A DNA stretch of 64,000 nt from Owenia fusiformis (Eukaryota), in contig CAIIXF020000001.1 in the NCBI GenBank assembly GCA_903813345.2, positions 12,028,001-12,092,000 on the forward strand, in the 5' to 3' direction. The notes under the pieces were generated by a model, which did no database searches, was not told where the DNA came from, and was given only the letters and a program-made list of their open reading frames with translations. Shown here in pieces: positions 1 through 9,989 of this stretch. A program made the translations under genes and the position numbers. Every line of letters starts with the position of its first letter. Within the stretch, counting starts at the first letter, position 1.

Positions 1-3000
1 GGTTTCAATAACATTTTGATACTCATCACATTTACTTGAATCTTACAGTAGATATTCCAAATACAGAAATTGTTATGGTATTCTACGTTTTATCAATGCC
101 AAATTTGATATTTTCCTCACAACCATGCAGACAATTAGTAGACCTTCACTTGAATATCTTAATTAATCAATTAGATGATATCCACCAAACAAGATTCTGA
201 TAATTATCTATCTCTACTATCATTCTGATATTAATAGGATTACTTGTGTTGTCATAGATACATATGATATAACAATTACACTGAAACGGATATGTGTAGA
301 AATAAACATTATCAAAAGTCAATAAAGTAAGCCAGAAGAGTTGAAGAATAAAATATGAATTGAACTCAAATTAATCAAAGTGAATATAAAGCTCATCTAG
401 CACAAATCATGAATACCATAATAATGGCAATATGAACTTCATTTTTATCATTTAACTCTTGACTGACTAGTAGCCAACCGTGATGTTTTCTCAGAAAAGA
501 CAAGACTGAGAAAATAAGATTCAATTTTGAAATCAGAAAACGTAAGGAGCAAGGCTAGAAAAATCTAGAATAAATTCAAGAAACCCGAATTCAAAATATA
601 ATCATTACTTCTTCAAATGGAGGTGGGTCAAATTCTCAAAAGTGACAATTTGCCACATACCTCCCCTAGTTGATGTATGATGATATAACTATGTAACTGA
701 TAATTAGCAGATCCTAATCTGTCATTAGGATGTTAATTTTCCCTCCAGTTCTAGGATGCACTAATACAGGGGAATTAAACACCTAATGGGGCCATTAACA
801 AGGAGTAATTAAATCAAGCTGTCTTTGATGGAATAGCTTACTGGTTAGAAGAGTAATATTTCAAGAATATGGCTAACCCTCATCTCGATTCATAAAGTTC
901 CAGTTGCTCCAACTTATTACCACTTAGACGTCTAAGATGGCCAAACCCTGTGAAAAGATCTTTTCAAATCCAAGATACTGAATGAATTCTATGATATGAT
1001 GAGTATAAAAATTCAAAAAGTTCCACCTCAAAAATTCCTACAAGTTAACTTGAGAAATCAGTCAAGATTCTGCAAAGCGGTATTTCACACAAAGACTGAT
1101 ACGTTCAGCACCAGTTGCCTCTTGGCACACCTGTGCACTGATGTGTGACTTTGATTCACTTCACAACATGTCAACCTTCATTTACTTCATCATCAATTTT
1201 CCTTACTTCCTGATAAACTGCTGATTGATGGCAAACTGAGAGTTCAAAGTTTTTCAAGACTATAAATGTCAAGATCATTTCATTATACCCTTTTCAATTG
1301 TTTTCTTCAAAAGAGGGTTTCTGTATTTAACTACAAGCCACTGGGTACTTTCACCATGATAATAACAAAAAATGTCTTATGACTCCCCCCTGTCCACCAT
1401 AAACACACACCATCTCCTTGGTAGGAGGATAGGGGGGATTTGTTGTAATAAGACCAAAAGGAATGTCTTCAAATGTTAAGCAATTTATCTAAAAACTGGG
1501 TGTTTCAGAACTATTTTGCAACAAGAAACAAGAAAACTTCATAAAAAACTCCTTATTCATTCATATCATGTAGAATAAATCAGCACCACAAGTGTTCCTC
1601 TGGAGATAAATGACTTGCAACCATCTCAAACTTTGGACTACCTACTAGAAAAGTAAATCTCCTCCATAAATTTGATATGGCCAACAGGTGCAATGGCCAT
1701 TAATTCAAGACTTTGGAGGTTGGTCCAGCTATAAAGACAACATCTGAAATCTATAGCTTTCTCTACTTTGAAAAAAGATATCAAAGATGCAGACTTGTAT
1801 GTGGGAAAATATCCATCAGCTAAATTCTACTAATCTTTAGACACTTAACTTCAACTATCTATCATTAATAAGATAATGAACTAAATTATAAATGATAATT
1901 CAAAATTGAAATTTCCTGGTCATCTTCACGCGAACTCTTGTTGGTTGCTCTCATTGGATGAGGAACAAAATTTATAAACAATAATTAAAAATTGAAATTT
2001 TGTGATCATTTTCACTTGATAACTTGTGGATTGTTCTAACTGGATGAAATAGTACAATATGACTAATGGTCCATCTTTAGTCCAATATTTAATCACTTTT
2101 TTGCAATGAAGTCTGATATGAAAGATGCCACATTCAGAAATCAGAATCTTCTTGCAAAGACAGATAAAAATTACAGTTATAACCTGGTCTGGTGTGTTCG
2201 AAATTCTTTCTACTCAAAGTGATAGCAGTTACTCTATAAAACAGTAAAGACCAGATTGATTTCATGGCCTTCACTGTTGGGGGACTAATAAAACACAGCA
2301 AGTTTGACAGTCACTGAGAGTTCAGATCCTTTTCAATCAAGAATCTGATCATGAATATGTTCCATAAATCCCTATGCCAGAATGATAGATGATTAAGTAA
2401 ATAACATAAAAGTATACATTTTCATCAAATTGTTTCATTTTGAATACATACATGTTAAACATGATTCAGAAAAAAGGAATGGCAACTCTTCTCTGGTTAC
2501 TGTGGTTGATAAGGAAGCTCAATGTTCCACACCAATGGAGTGATCTATAAAACATGTGTTGGAAGTGGTACCTACAAATACAATATCACATGAGACAATA
2601 TACAAATGAAAACATTGCACAAAACACCATTATGGAGGCGTAAAGTTTTATTTTTGAAAATTGTTCATATTCTAAATGCTGTATAAGTGCTAAAAACTCC
2701 TTATCAATCAACATCTAATAACAAATCAGACTTTAGAAGAGGAATAAGATGATAATTTATCCAGGGTTGGGTTGATATATACTCCCTCATAAAACCTCAA
2801 GCCGGGGCAGGTTTCAGGCATATGTACCACATAAAGGAACTAATCACAGCTCTATGTGATGTGTTGCTAGAATATAAAGCAAACAAATACAAAGAATAAG
2901 CTGGAACATGGAGTAAAACAAACATCCAATCTCTTTGAGAAGTATCTTTAATTGAAAATGGCCATATTTATATGAGATAGATGGCACTAACTCCAATGTC

Positions 3001-4690
3001 ATATGCTTTACATAAATTGCATGTACAGTGTACTTGTATATTTTAGTGTTTATGATGACTGTCTATGATGTATTTTTTCTTTTCAGTTTTACTATATGTT
3101 ATTTGATCAACTTGTGATTTTTGACGCAGGAAATGAGACGGTTAATTTGGATAATTGAACGGAAATAAAGTTTTGCAAAACATTAGTTTCTTTCTTTAAA
3201 CCACAGACGATATTGTCATATTTCAAGCATGAGGTGACTGGCAAAACCACATAAAAAATGTCGGCATGTTGACATCAGATTGAAAAATTAAAACTAAATC
3301 TGTGAACTTTTATTTTTAATTCATGAATAGGTTTTATGAATGTATCCGAATGTGTCTGCAATAATTCTGTGTCAATTTGTGGATAACTATTGGTAAATAT
3401 GTATAGTAGTTGTGATTAGGACCTAAGCATTTTAGCAAATAAAAAATTCACAGAAAGTTCAAAGCGTGTGTTTATTCTGTTCTTTATAAAGACTCGCAAT
3501 GATTTTAACAAATAAACCAAGTGTTTATTCAGCAAACAAAGCTACAATTCGACTGCCACTGAATCTGATCAAATTGTAAAAGATTTAACATTTCAGTGAA
3601 AATTCAATTGAATTATTTATTAGATTTCGGCAATAGAGTCGTGTAGCTGATATTTTGATTGGATATTGAGACTAAATAAATCTTGCAAATTAACCCTATG
3701 TCACAAGTGGCATAAAGATTATACCCTTTTTCTCCCACCTGACGGCATTACAAATAAAAAAAAACATACAAAGCATTACTTCACATTCACAAAATAAATA
3801 ATAATTCAGTTACTACTTTTTCAAATTTCAAAGACTTTTGCATGTAATATTTTTTTCAGGATATTTGCAAACAGTACTTATTCATAAATTTTCATTACTG
3901 GTAGGCCTAGATATAACATTTATATATCCCGAAGAAAGCTTTTACATACTACTTTTACCTCCCTGAAATCTAACTGATTATGGGATCAATGATCGTTGCT
4001 GCGAGGAATTGAATATAGGGTTTATTCTAAGGGAAATATCTATATCTCCTGGCTGGGTCACTGGATGGACCAAGGAGATATACAGATATTTCTAGGAAGA
4101 TAAATAAGAGTTAGATGTGCTGGAAGGTTCTTGATATAGATTTATCCAGAGATAGATATCAATAGTACTTTCTTCGCTTACCCAATATCCATAATTTATA
4201 GAACAGTTTGACTATACTATCGTAATACAATTGTCCACAGAATCTGGCATATCTAAAACTCATAATCGGCAGAATTCATATTTTGTTTAAGTTCATTAAG
4301 GAAGATCCACATCATGTAAATCTTTATGTGGGTTTCAAGATTATGGTACCAATAATTAAAAAAATCATCTTGATATTATTTTAAAATAATTGTGAGGATA
4401 GAATTAATTGTATCAGAATTGAAGTGACTAGTGACGGTAGTGGGGAATGTCACAAAAGAGAAATAGCACTGTTTCTTCTGGAAATACAATCAACAGGTCT
4501 GTCTTATTCAAAAATATCTAAATTGTTGAACTTCAATCCGCTTAGATAGTGATATTATCATCTAAAGGTGGTAGGTTGGTTGACACAGGTAAAATGGACA
4601 AAATTCGTACTATTCTATCAAATAACAATGAACAACAACTGATATAGATGGAGATATGAACTCACACACCACAACATAGAGATACATGAA

Positions 4691-4955
4691 CTATGGCGGA
4701 TCCGGGGGGTTGGCCCAGAAAAAAAAAAGTTGGGTCCAAAACAATTTTAGGCCAAAAAAGGCCTTAAGGCCCCAAAAAGTGGGCCTTTTGGTCATTATTA
4801 GGCCTTTTTTTAATTTTAGGCCAAATTTTGCAGAAAATGGGCCTCAAATTTTCAAAATTTGAGCCCACTTTTCGGTTTTAGGGGCCCAAAAATTTTTGGA
4901 GGTTCTTTCGACCTCAAATTTGGGCCCCCCCTGTTGGTTCCTGGATCCGCCACTG
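4691..4955. mobile_element. MITE, CAGTGGCGGATCC-type TIR, 5-bp TSD (hAT5-like)
   Basis: Left CTATGGCGGATCC / right GGATCCGCCACTG inverted ends, flanked on both sides by ATGAA. Confidence 0.7.
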
Positions 4956-5189
4956 ATGAAGGTTCATATATGTTCAGTCATGGTTCTGGTTCAGTATAAT
5001 TCTATTCATAAATAACAAGCGATTATTTGATTATATTGCAAAAATGTTAAAATTCAGCTGGAGATGTGAAAAGCTGAAATCTGACATACCACAGACCCAC
5101 TTCTAGAGTTTTTTTAAAATATTTTCCTGGCAAAAATTGTCAACCTGGGCTGTCAAACACATATAGTGAGATCATAAATATTGTCACCC

Positions 5190-5712
5190 ACATCTATAAA
5201 TGTTGGCCAGATCGTTTGGTAGTAGGATCTCATAGGCTCAAAGAATATTTCAAAAGATGAGACACTAAATTGGAAAATTTCAAAGAACAAGTGACCACCT
5301 TTCAAAACGTTTGTTATACAAAATGGTTCCTGCTTCCCCGTGACAGATTTTGCACTTAATTTATAGCTGAGATCTTCATCTATCTATTTCTACTTGTTTG
5401 GTTCGAGTAAATAACCTATGGACGCTGTAATTTGACTTTTAATACGGCAAATATTTTTCACTTGATCCAGGTGATAAAAAAGTTAAAGAATAACAAGACC
5501 CAGCAATGACCCAAGAATGAGGTATAATTTGTCTCATGTTTTTGAGAAATGGCTGCACGATCGTCACTTTAAAATTTCGAAATCTCTTTGGTGTCTCCAT
5601 GGGCTTTCAAGAGAGTGAAAGCCCATGGTGTCTCATCTTGAGGAATATTTATTGAGCTACTGATCCTACTACAAAAGAATCTGGCCGGGATCTATGCCCA
5701 CATCTAGAGATT
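5190..5712. mobile_element. Degenerate fold-back MITE (boundaries approximate)
   Basis: GGCCAGATCGTTTGGTAGTAGGATC..AAGATGAGACAC (about 5205-5265) is inverted relative to GTGTCTCATCTT..GATCCTACTACAAAAGAATCTGGCC (about 5628-5686). Confidence 0.55.
5598..5627. mobile_element. 30-bp micro-MITE with 7-bp TSD
   Basis: CATGGGCTTTCA-AGAGAG-TGAAAGCCCATG flanked by GTGTCTC on both sides. Confidence 0.75.
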
Positions 5713-6030
5713 TCAGGAAAAATATCATCAACTCATATCTAGGGTTTTTAATCAAAAAAGGTGACCCACATGGAGTGATTTCTTAGTGAAAATTGACCCA
5801 CTTTAGGCGAGCGGCAAATCTCCATTTATAGCCAAAAACGGAAGTACAGTACCCCCTAGTATGTATCCAACAGACCGAATATAATATTCGGTCTGAATTT
5901 ATTCAAACAGGGTTACAGTCTACAGTACCCCCCCCCCACCAGGGACTTGACTTAAAGCTAGAGTATGTGGTCCACCAAGTTGAAGACTACTTTAGTATGT
6001 CGAATATTACTCCTAACAATAGATTACTTC

Positions 6031-6397
6031 TACCCTGCGTGCAGAGTCTAGTTAAACTACACTCTGCCTAGTAGAGACCATATTACAGTTTAGTAGCCCT
6101 GCCCCCACAAAGGGTACCGGTGAAAGTTTGGGTAAAAAATCACTTTTGACCTACACGCTGACCTTTCTTCCACCAATCAGCGAGCTTGAAGAAACATGCG
6201 TTCTAATTAAATATGCGCATGTCATTGGTCAATCCCGAGCTCAACGATGACGTCAGAAGGAATGACCATATAGAACGTCGGTCAAATTTGGCCGATGAAC
6301 ACTGATTGGCGCGGTGAGTTCACAGATTTATTTTAGTTTGAAAGAGTGAAGATGAAGCTCTGTTTTAAGAAGTGAAGTCAAACGAATGCAAAGGGTA
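6031..6397 (+). mobile_element. Non-autonomous DNA transposon, 9-bp TSD (AcademH-like), copy 1
   Basis: Ends TACCCTGCGTGCA...TGCAAAGGGTA; perfect TSD GATTACTTC; inverted copy at 39567-39941. Confidence 0.85.
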
Positions 6398-6447
6398 GAT
6401 TACTTCATGTATAAACGATAATGAGTCTTGGATTTAAATTCACATTT

Positions 6448-9400
6448 ATAAGTTTATAAGTTTATAAGTAATTTTCCGTCCTAGGCAGACATTGCCTGTA
6501 TGACAGTTCTGATACTTTTTGAAACTAACGTAGCTTGGGGGCTACTTGTACGCCAGCAATTTCGTAATTGAATTTTAAAGGATGGTGATACCAATGTGCA
6601 TCTAGGCGGTTCTTGAACTGGTTGACATGGACTGACTGCACTACGTACTCTGGGAGACTGTTCCAATTGTTTGTTACCCTGTGGCTGAAAGTGTTTTGTC
6701 TCATTGAGGTTTTGCAGTGGGCTTTTAGGAGTGGTTGGGAATTTCCTCTTCTATTGTGTGTTTCTCTTGCTTGGAAATTAGGTAATGTTGCTGTTGTGTT
6801 GACATCATAGTATGAGTTGATGTATTTGAACGTCTCTATCATATCACCACGTAGTCGTCTGTAGGCAAGTGTTGTAAGGTCTAGTGCCTTTAGTCTCTGG
6901 GGGTAGGGTAGAGCTTTAAGTGTTGGAACTATACGCGTTGCTCTTCTTTGTATTTTCTCTAGGGCTTCTATATCCTTCTTCATGTAGGGATTCCACACTG
7001 ATTGTGCAAACTCAAGTTTGGGTCTGACTAAGCCATTGAATAGTAATTTAAATGTATCAGTGTCCCAGTATGTAAAAGATCTTTTTACCATTCCAAGCAC
7101 TTTGTTTGCATTGTTTGCTATGGTTTTGACATGGTCACTGAATTTGAGATTTGTATCCATATAAACTCCAAGATCTCTTTCACAGTTACTATGTCTAATT
7201 GTAGATTTCTGGTCTGAGTTGTTGTCTTTCATCAGGTAGTCGAAATTCCTGTTACTTCTTCCAATATGTAGTACGCCACATTTTTTAGTATTGAATTTTA
7301 ATTGCCAATCTTGAGTCCATTTTTGAACATTGTCAATATCCCTCTGTAGTAAAGTTTGATCATCTATGGAGTTAACTTTTCTATGGAGTTTAGTATCGTC
7401 AGCGAACAGGCTTATATTACTGTGTTTAACAACGTTTGGCATGTCGTTGACATACAGTAGGTAGATCAAAGGTCCAATTACAGATCCCTGAGCTATTCCT
7501 GACCGTACAGGGGTCCATGGTGCTGATATGTCATTTATAACTACTCGTTGTTCTCTATGTTGGATGAAGTGCGAGAGCCACATCAGAGATTTACCCCTAA
7601 TTCCAAAATTTCTTTCCAGTTTGAGTAGGAGTCTTTGGTGGGGCACGGAATCAAACGCCTTGGCATAATCAAGATAAATAGCATCAGTAGCGCCCCCTGT
7701 ATCTAGTAGATTTGACCATGCTTCAACTATTTCCAGAAGATTAGTTGTACAAGACCTATTTGGCAGGAAACCATGTTGGGCTGTATTTAGGAGATTGTTT
7801 TTGTAAAGGTGTTCAATCAGTTGCCTTCTGATGATGCTTTCAAGTATTTTGCAGGTAATACATGTGAGACTTATTGGGCGGTAGTTGTTAGGACTTGACT
7901 TTGAACCGCTCTTATGTAGAGGGGTTATGTTAGCTCGTCTCCAGTCTTGTGGTAGGTATCCTTCATCTAGTGATTTCTTGTAGATTAAATAGAGGGGATG
8001 GGCTATAGTGTCTGCTAGTTCCTTGAGGATAATTCCTTTGATTTTGTCCGGTCCTGGTGATTTGTTGGTTTTCAGATTTTTTAGTTCAAGGGTCACTTCT
8101 CCTTCGCTTATCTGCCAGTTGGTAATATAAGACCCTATATATATGTAGTCTATGACTGGTATATTCTTTGTGTCCTCATCTGTAAAAACTTCTGCGAAGA
8201 ATTCGTTAAGGACTTCTGATTTTTCTAGGTTTGAATTTGTTTGTGTTCCATCCTTTCGATCAAGATCAGGGATTCCTACTCTGGATTTTTTCTTATTGTT
8301 GGCATATTTCCAGAATGGTTTTTGATTATATTTTATCGTTTTTGCCATTTTCTTTTCATATCTTCTTATGGCTTTTCTTACTTCTGACTTGGCTTGATTA
8401 CATGCTTTCCTAAATATCATTTTATCTTCTTCATTCAGAGTATCATCTTTCCTTTTTCGTGTCATCTTGTTAAAAGCTTTCCGTTTGGTTCTTATCGCCT
8501 TCATACACTCCGTATCTATCCACGGTTGTCTCTTTTTTCCCGGTGTAATTTTGGGGATATGTTTTTCTGTGGTTTCTTCTAATTTGGTTTTGAATATTGA
8601 CCAGCTTTCTTCAGTTGTTTGGCCTTCGAAGATTTGTTCCCAGTCTACACTTAAATCACTTCTCATTTTCTTGAAGTCTGCTTTCTGTAGAAGTTCTATC
8701 TTTTTCTCATTTGGTGTGAATTTTTGTGCACAGTTTATAGTCATAGAAAGCATGTGGTGATCACTTCTCCCCAGCGGTGGGTTGTTTTCTAGGTTGCTTA
8801 TTGTGTCTGGCTCATTTGTAAGTACTAGGTCTAGTAGATTTCCTTGTTGTCCTGTTCTGGTTCGTGTGGTTTTCATCTGATGTTGGGTCAAGAAGTTGTC
8901 ATCAATTATTTCAAGCAGGTATTCCGAAGTTTCCTTATTTGGTCCATTTAGCGCCGATTTGATTTCCCAGTCAATCTGTGGTAGGTTGAAATCTCCAACT
9001 ACTAACATGTGTTTGGGTGACTTTCCACATATTTCTGTGATTTGGTTTAGTACTGCAAATGAATTGTCTTTGGTACTGCTCGGGCTGCGATATATACATC
9101 CTATTGTACATTCATGTTGTCCAGATCCTACAGTGATCCATATAGATTCAGCTTCGTTTCCTGATAATTCAATTTGTGATGATTTGATGTGGGATTTCAC
9201 ATATATTATTGTTCCCCTGGTGTTTGTCGTATCAATATTGTGGAAACTGTTGTACATATCGAGTTTAAGTTCTTGTTCTAGAACTGGGTATTTCGAGTTT
9301 TTTGGTTTAATTTCTGTTAGAGCAATGATGTCTGGATCTTTCATCTGGATAATGACTTTTAATTCGTCTCGTTTGTTCATTAGTGAATCACAGTTTCCAT

Positions 9401-9989
9401 AGATGACTGTTAATGGTTTCAGGTTTCTGTCATTACTAGGATTAGTCAAATTTACAGCTTTTTCCCTTTGCTTTTTGTTGTTTCCTATTGTTTTATTTAC
9501 ACTATTTACACTATTTACAATTTTTTCCTTCTTCTGTCAGTCTTTTTTGCTACTGCTCCGGTAGCTTGTTTCTTCTATTATTTCAATTTGCCTGTCTGGA
9601 GTATGATATTCACTTGTTGTTTGAGGTAGGGGGGAGGGATTGTCTGCTCTGTGGTAGCTAGCTGATTTTTCTATCTCAATTCGTCTGTTTGAGTTTGGGA
9701 AATGTTGGTGAGGTTGCCATGGTGATCGTGGTGGATGGTTACTCGAGTCTCTAGCTTACAGCTAGACGAAACTTCATTGATTTCGTATGTACTGTGCTAC
9801 ACGCACCTACACGCACCTAGAACTCATTTTTAATAAATTTTATAAATATTTTTAAGAATATTAATCATATTTAGGATGAAGCGTTGCTTGTCTGGATTTA
9901 GATATTTCAAAATTTCATTTCGGAGTTTTGACACATGGTGAAATTTTCTCGCTGTAGCTAAAAATGGCTTCCGGTTCTGGACGTGAATA
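6448..9989 (-). mobile_element. CR1-type non-LTR retrotransposon, apparently full length
   Basis: Intact EN+RT ORF; short 3'UTR ending in (CTTATAAA)n octamer tail; candidate TSD ACATTT at 6442-6447 and 9990-9995; the 5' boundary is less certain than the 3' boundary. Confidence 0.85.
6525..9449 (-). CDS. LINE ORF2: APE-like endonuclease plus reverse transcriptase (CR1 clade)
   Basis: EN motifs ALTE, IYRSP, GDFN, LDLV, SDH; RT motifs QHGF, LDYAKAFD, GIAQGS, LFADD, RDLGV; CR1-like C-terminus RRLRGDMIETFK..FSHRVTNNWNSLP..FKNRLD; no stops in 974 codons; true start unclear. Confidence 0.97.
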   Translation of the reverse strand: MTNPSNDRNLKPLTVIYGNCDSLMNKRDELKVIIQMKDPDIIALTEIKPKNSKYPVLEQELKLDMYNSFHNIDTTNTRGTIIYVKSHIKSSQIELSGNEAESIWITVGSGQHECTIGCIYRSPSSTKDNSFAVLNQITEICGKSPKHMLVVGDFNLPQIDWEIKSALNGPNKETSEYLLEIIDDNFLTQHQMKTTRTRTGQQGNLLDLVLTNEPDTISNLENNPPLGRSDHHMLSMTINCAQKFTPNEKKIELLQKADFKKMRSDLSVDWEQIFEGQTTEESWSIFKTKLEETTEKHIPKITPGKKRQPWIDTECMKAIRTKRKAFNKMTRKRKDDTLNEEDKMIFRKACNQAKSEVRKAIRRYEKKMAKTIKYNQKPFWKYANNKKKSRVGIPDLDRKDGTQTNSNLEKSEVLNEFFAEVFTDEDTKNIPVIDYIYIGSYITNWQISEGEVTLELKNLKTNKSPGPDKIKGIILKELADTIAHPLYLIYKKSLDEGYLPQDWRRANITPLHKSGSKSSPNNYRPISLTCITCKILESIIRRQLIEHLYKNNLLNTAQHGFLPNRSCTTNLLEIVEAWSNLLDTGGATDAIYLDYAKAFDSVPHQRLLLKLERNFGIRGKSLMWLSHFIQHREQRVVINDISAPWTPVRSGIAQGSVIGPLIYLLYVNDMPNVVKHSNISLFADDTKLHRKVNSIDDQTLLQRDIDNVQKWTQDWQLKFNTKKCGVLHIGRSNRNFDYLMKDNNSDQKSTIRHSNCERDLGVYMDTNLKFSDHVKTIANNANKVLGMVKRSFTYWDTDTFKLLFNGLVRPKLEFAQSVWNPYMKKDIEALEKIQRRATRIVPTLKALPYPQRLKALDLTTLAYRRLRGDMIETFKYINSYYDVNTTATLPNFQARETHNRRGNSQPLLKAHCKTSMRQNTFSHRVTNNWNSLPEYVVQSVHVNQFKNRLDAHWYHHPLKFNYEIAGVQVAPKLR

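Noticed and set aside
1-4600. Coding exons in the first 4.6 kb
   Set aside because: No long ORFs or recognisable peptides found; looks intronic or intergenic, though small exons cannot be excluded by eye
5871-5895. 25-bp palindrome CAGACCGAATATAATATTCGGTCTG as another micro-transposon
   Set aside because: No flanking duplication and no second copy in the window
6481-9402. Short ORFs overlapping the LINE ORF2, including the 168-aa antisense ORF
   Set aside because: Shadow frames of a long coding sequence with no independent motifs
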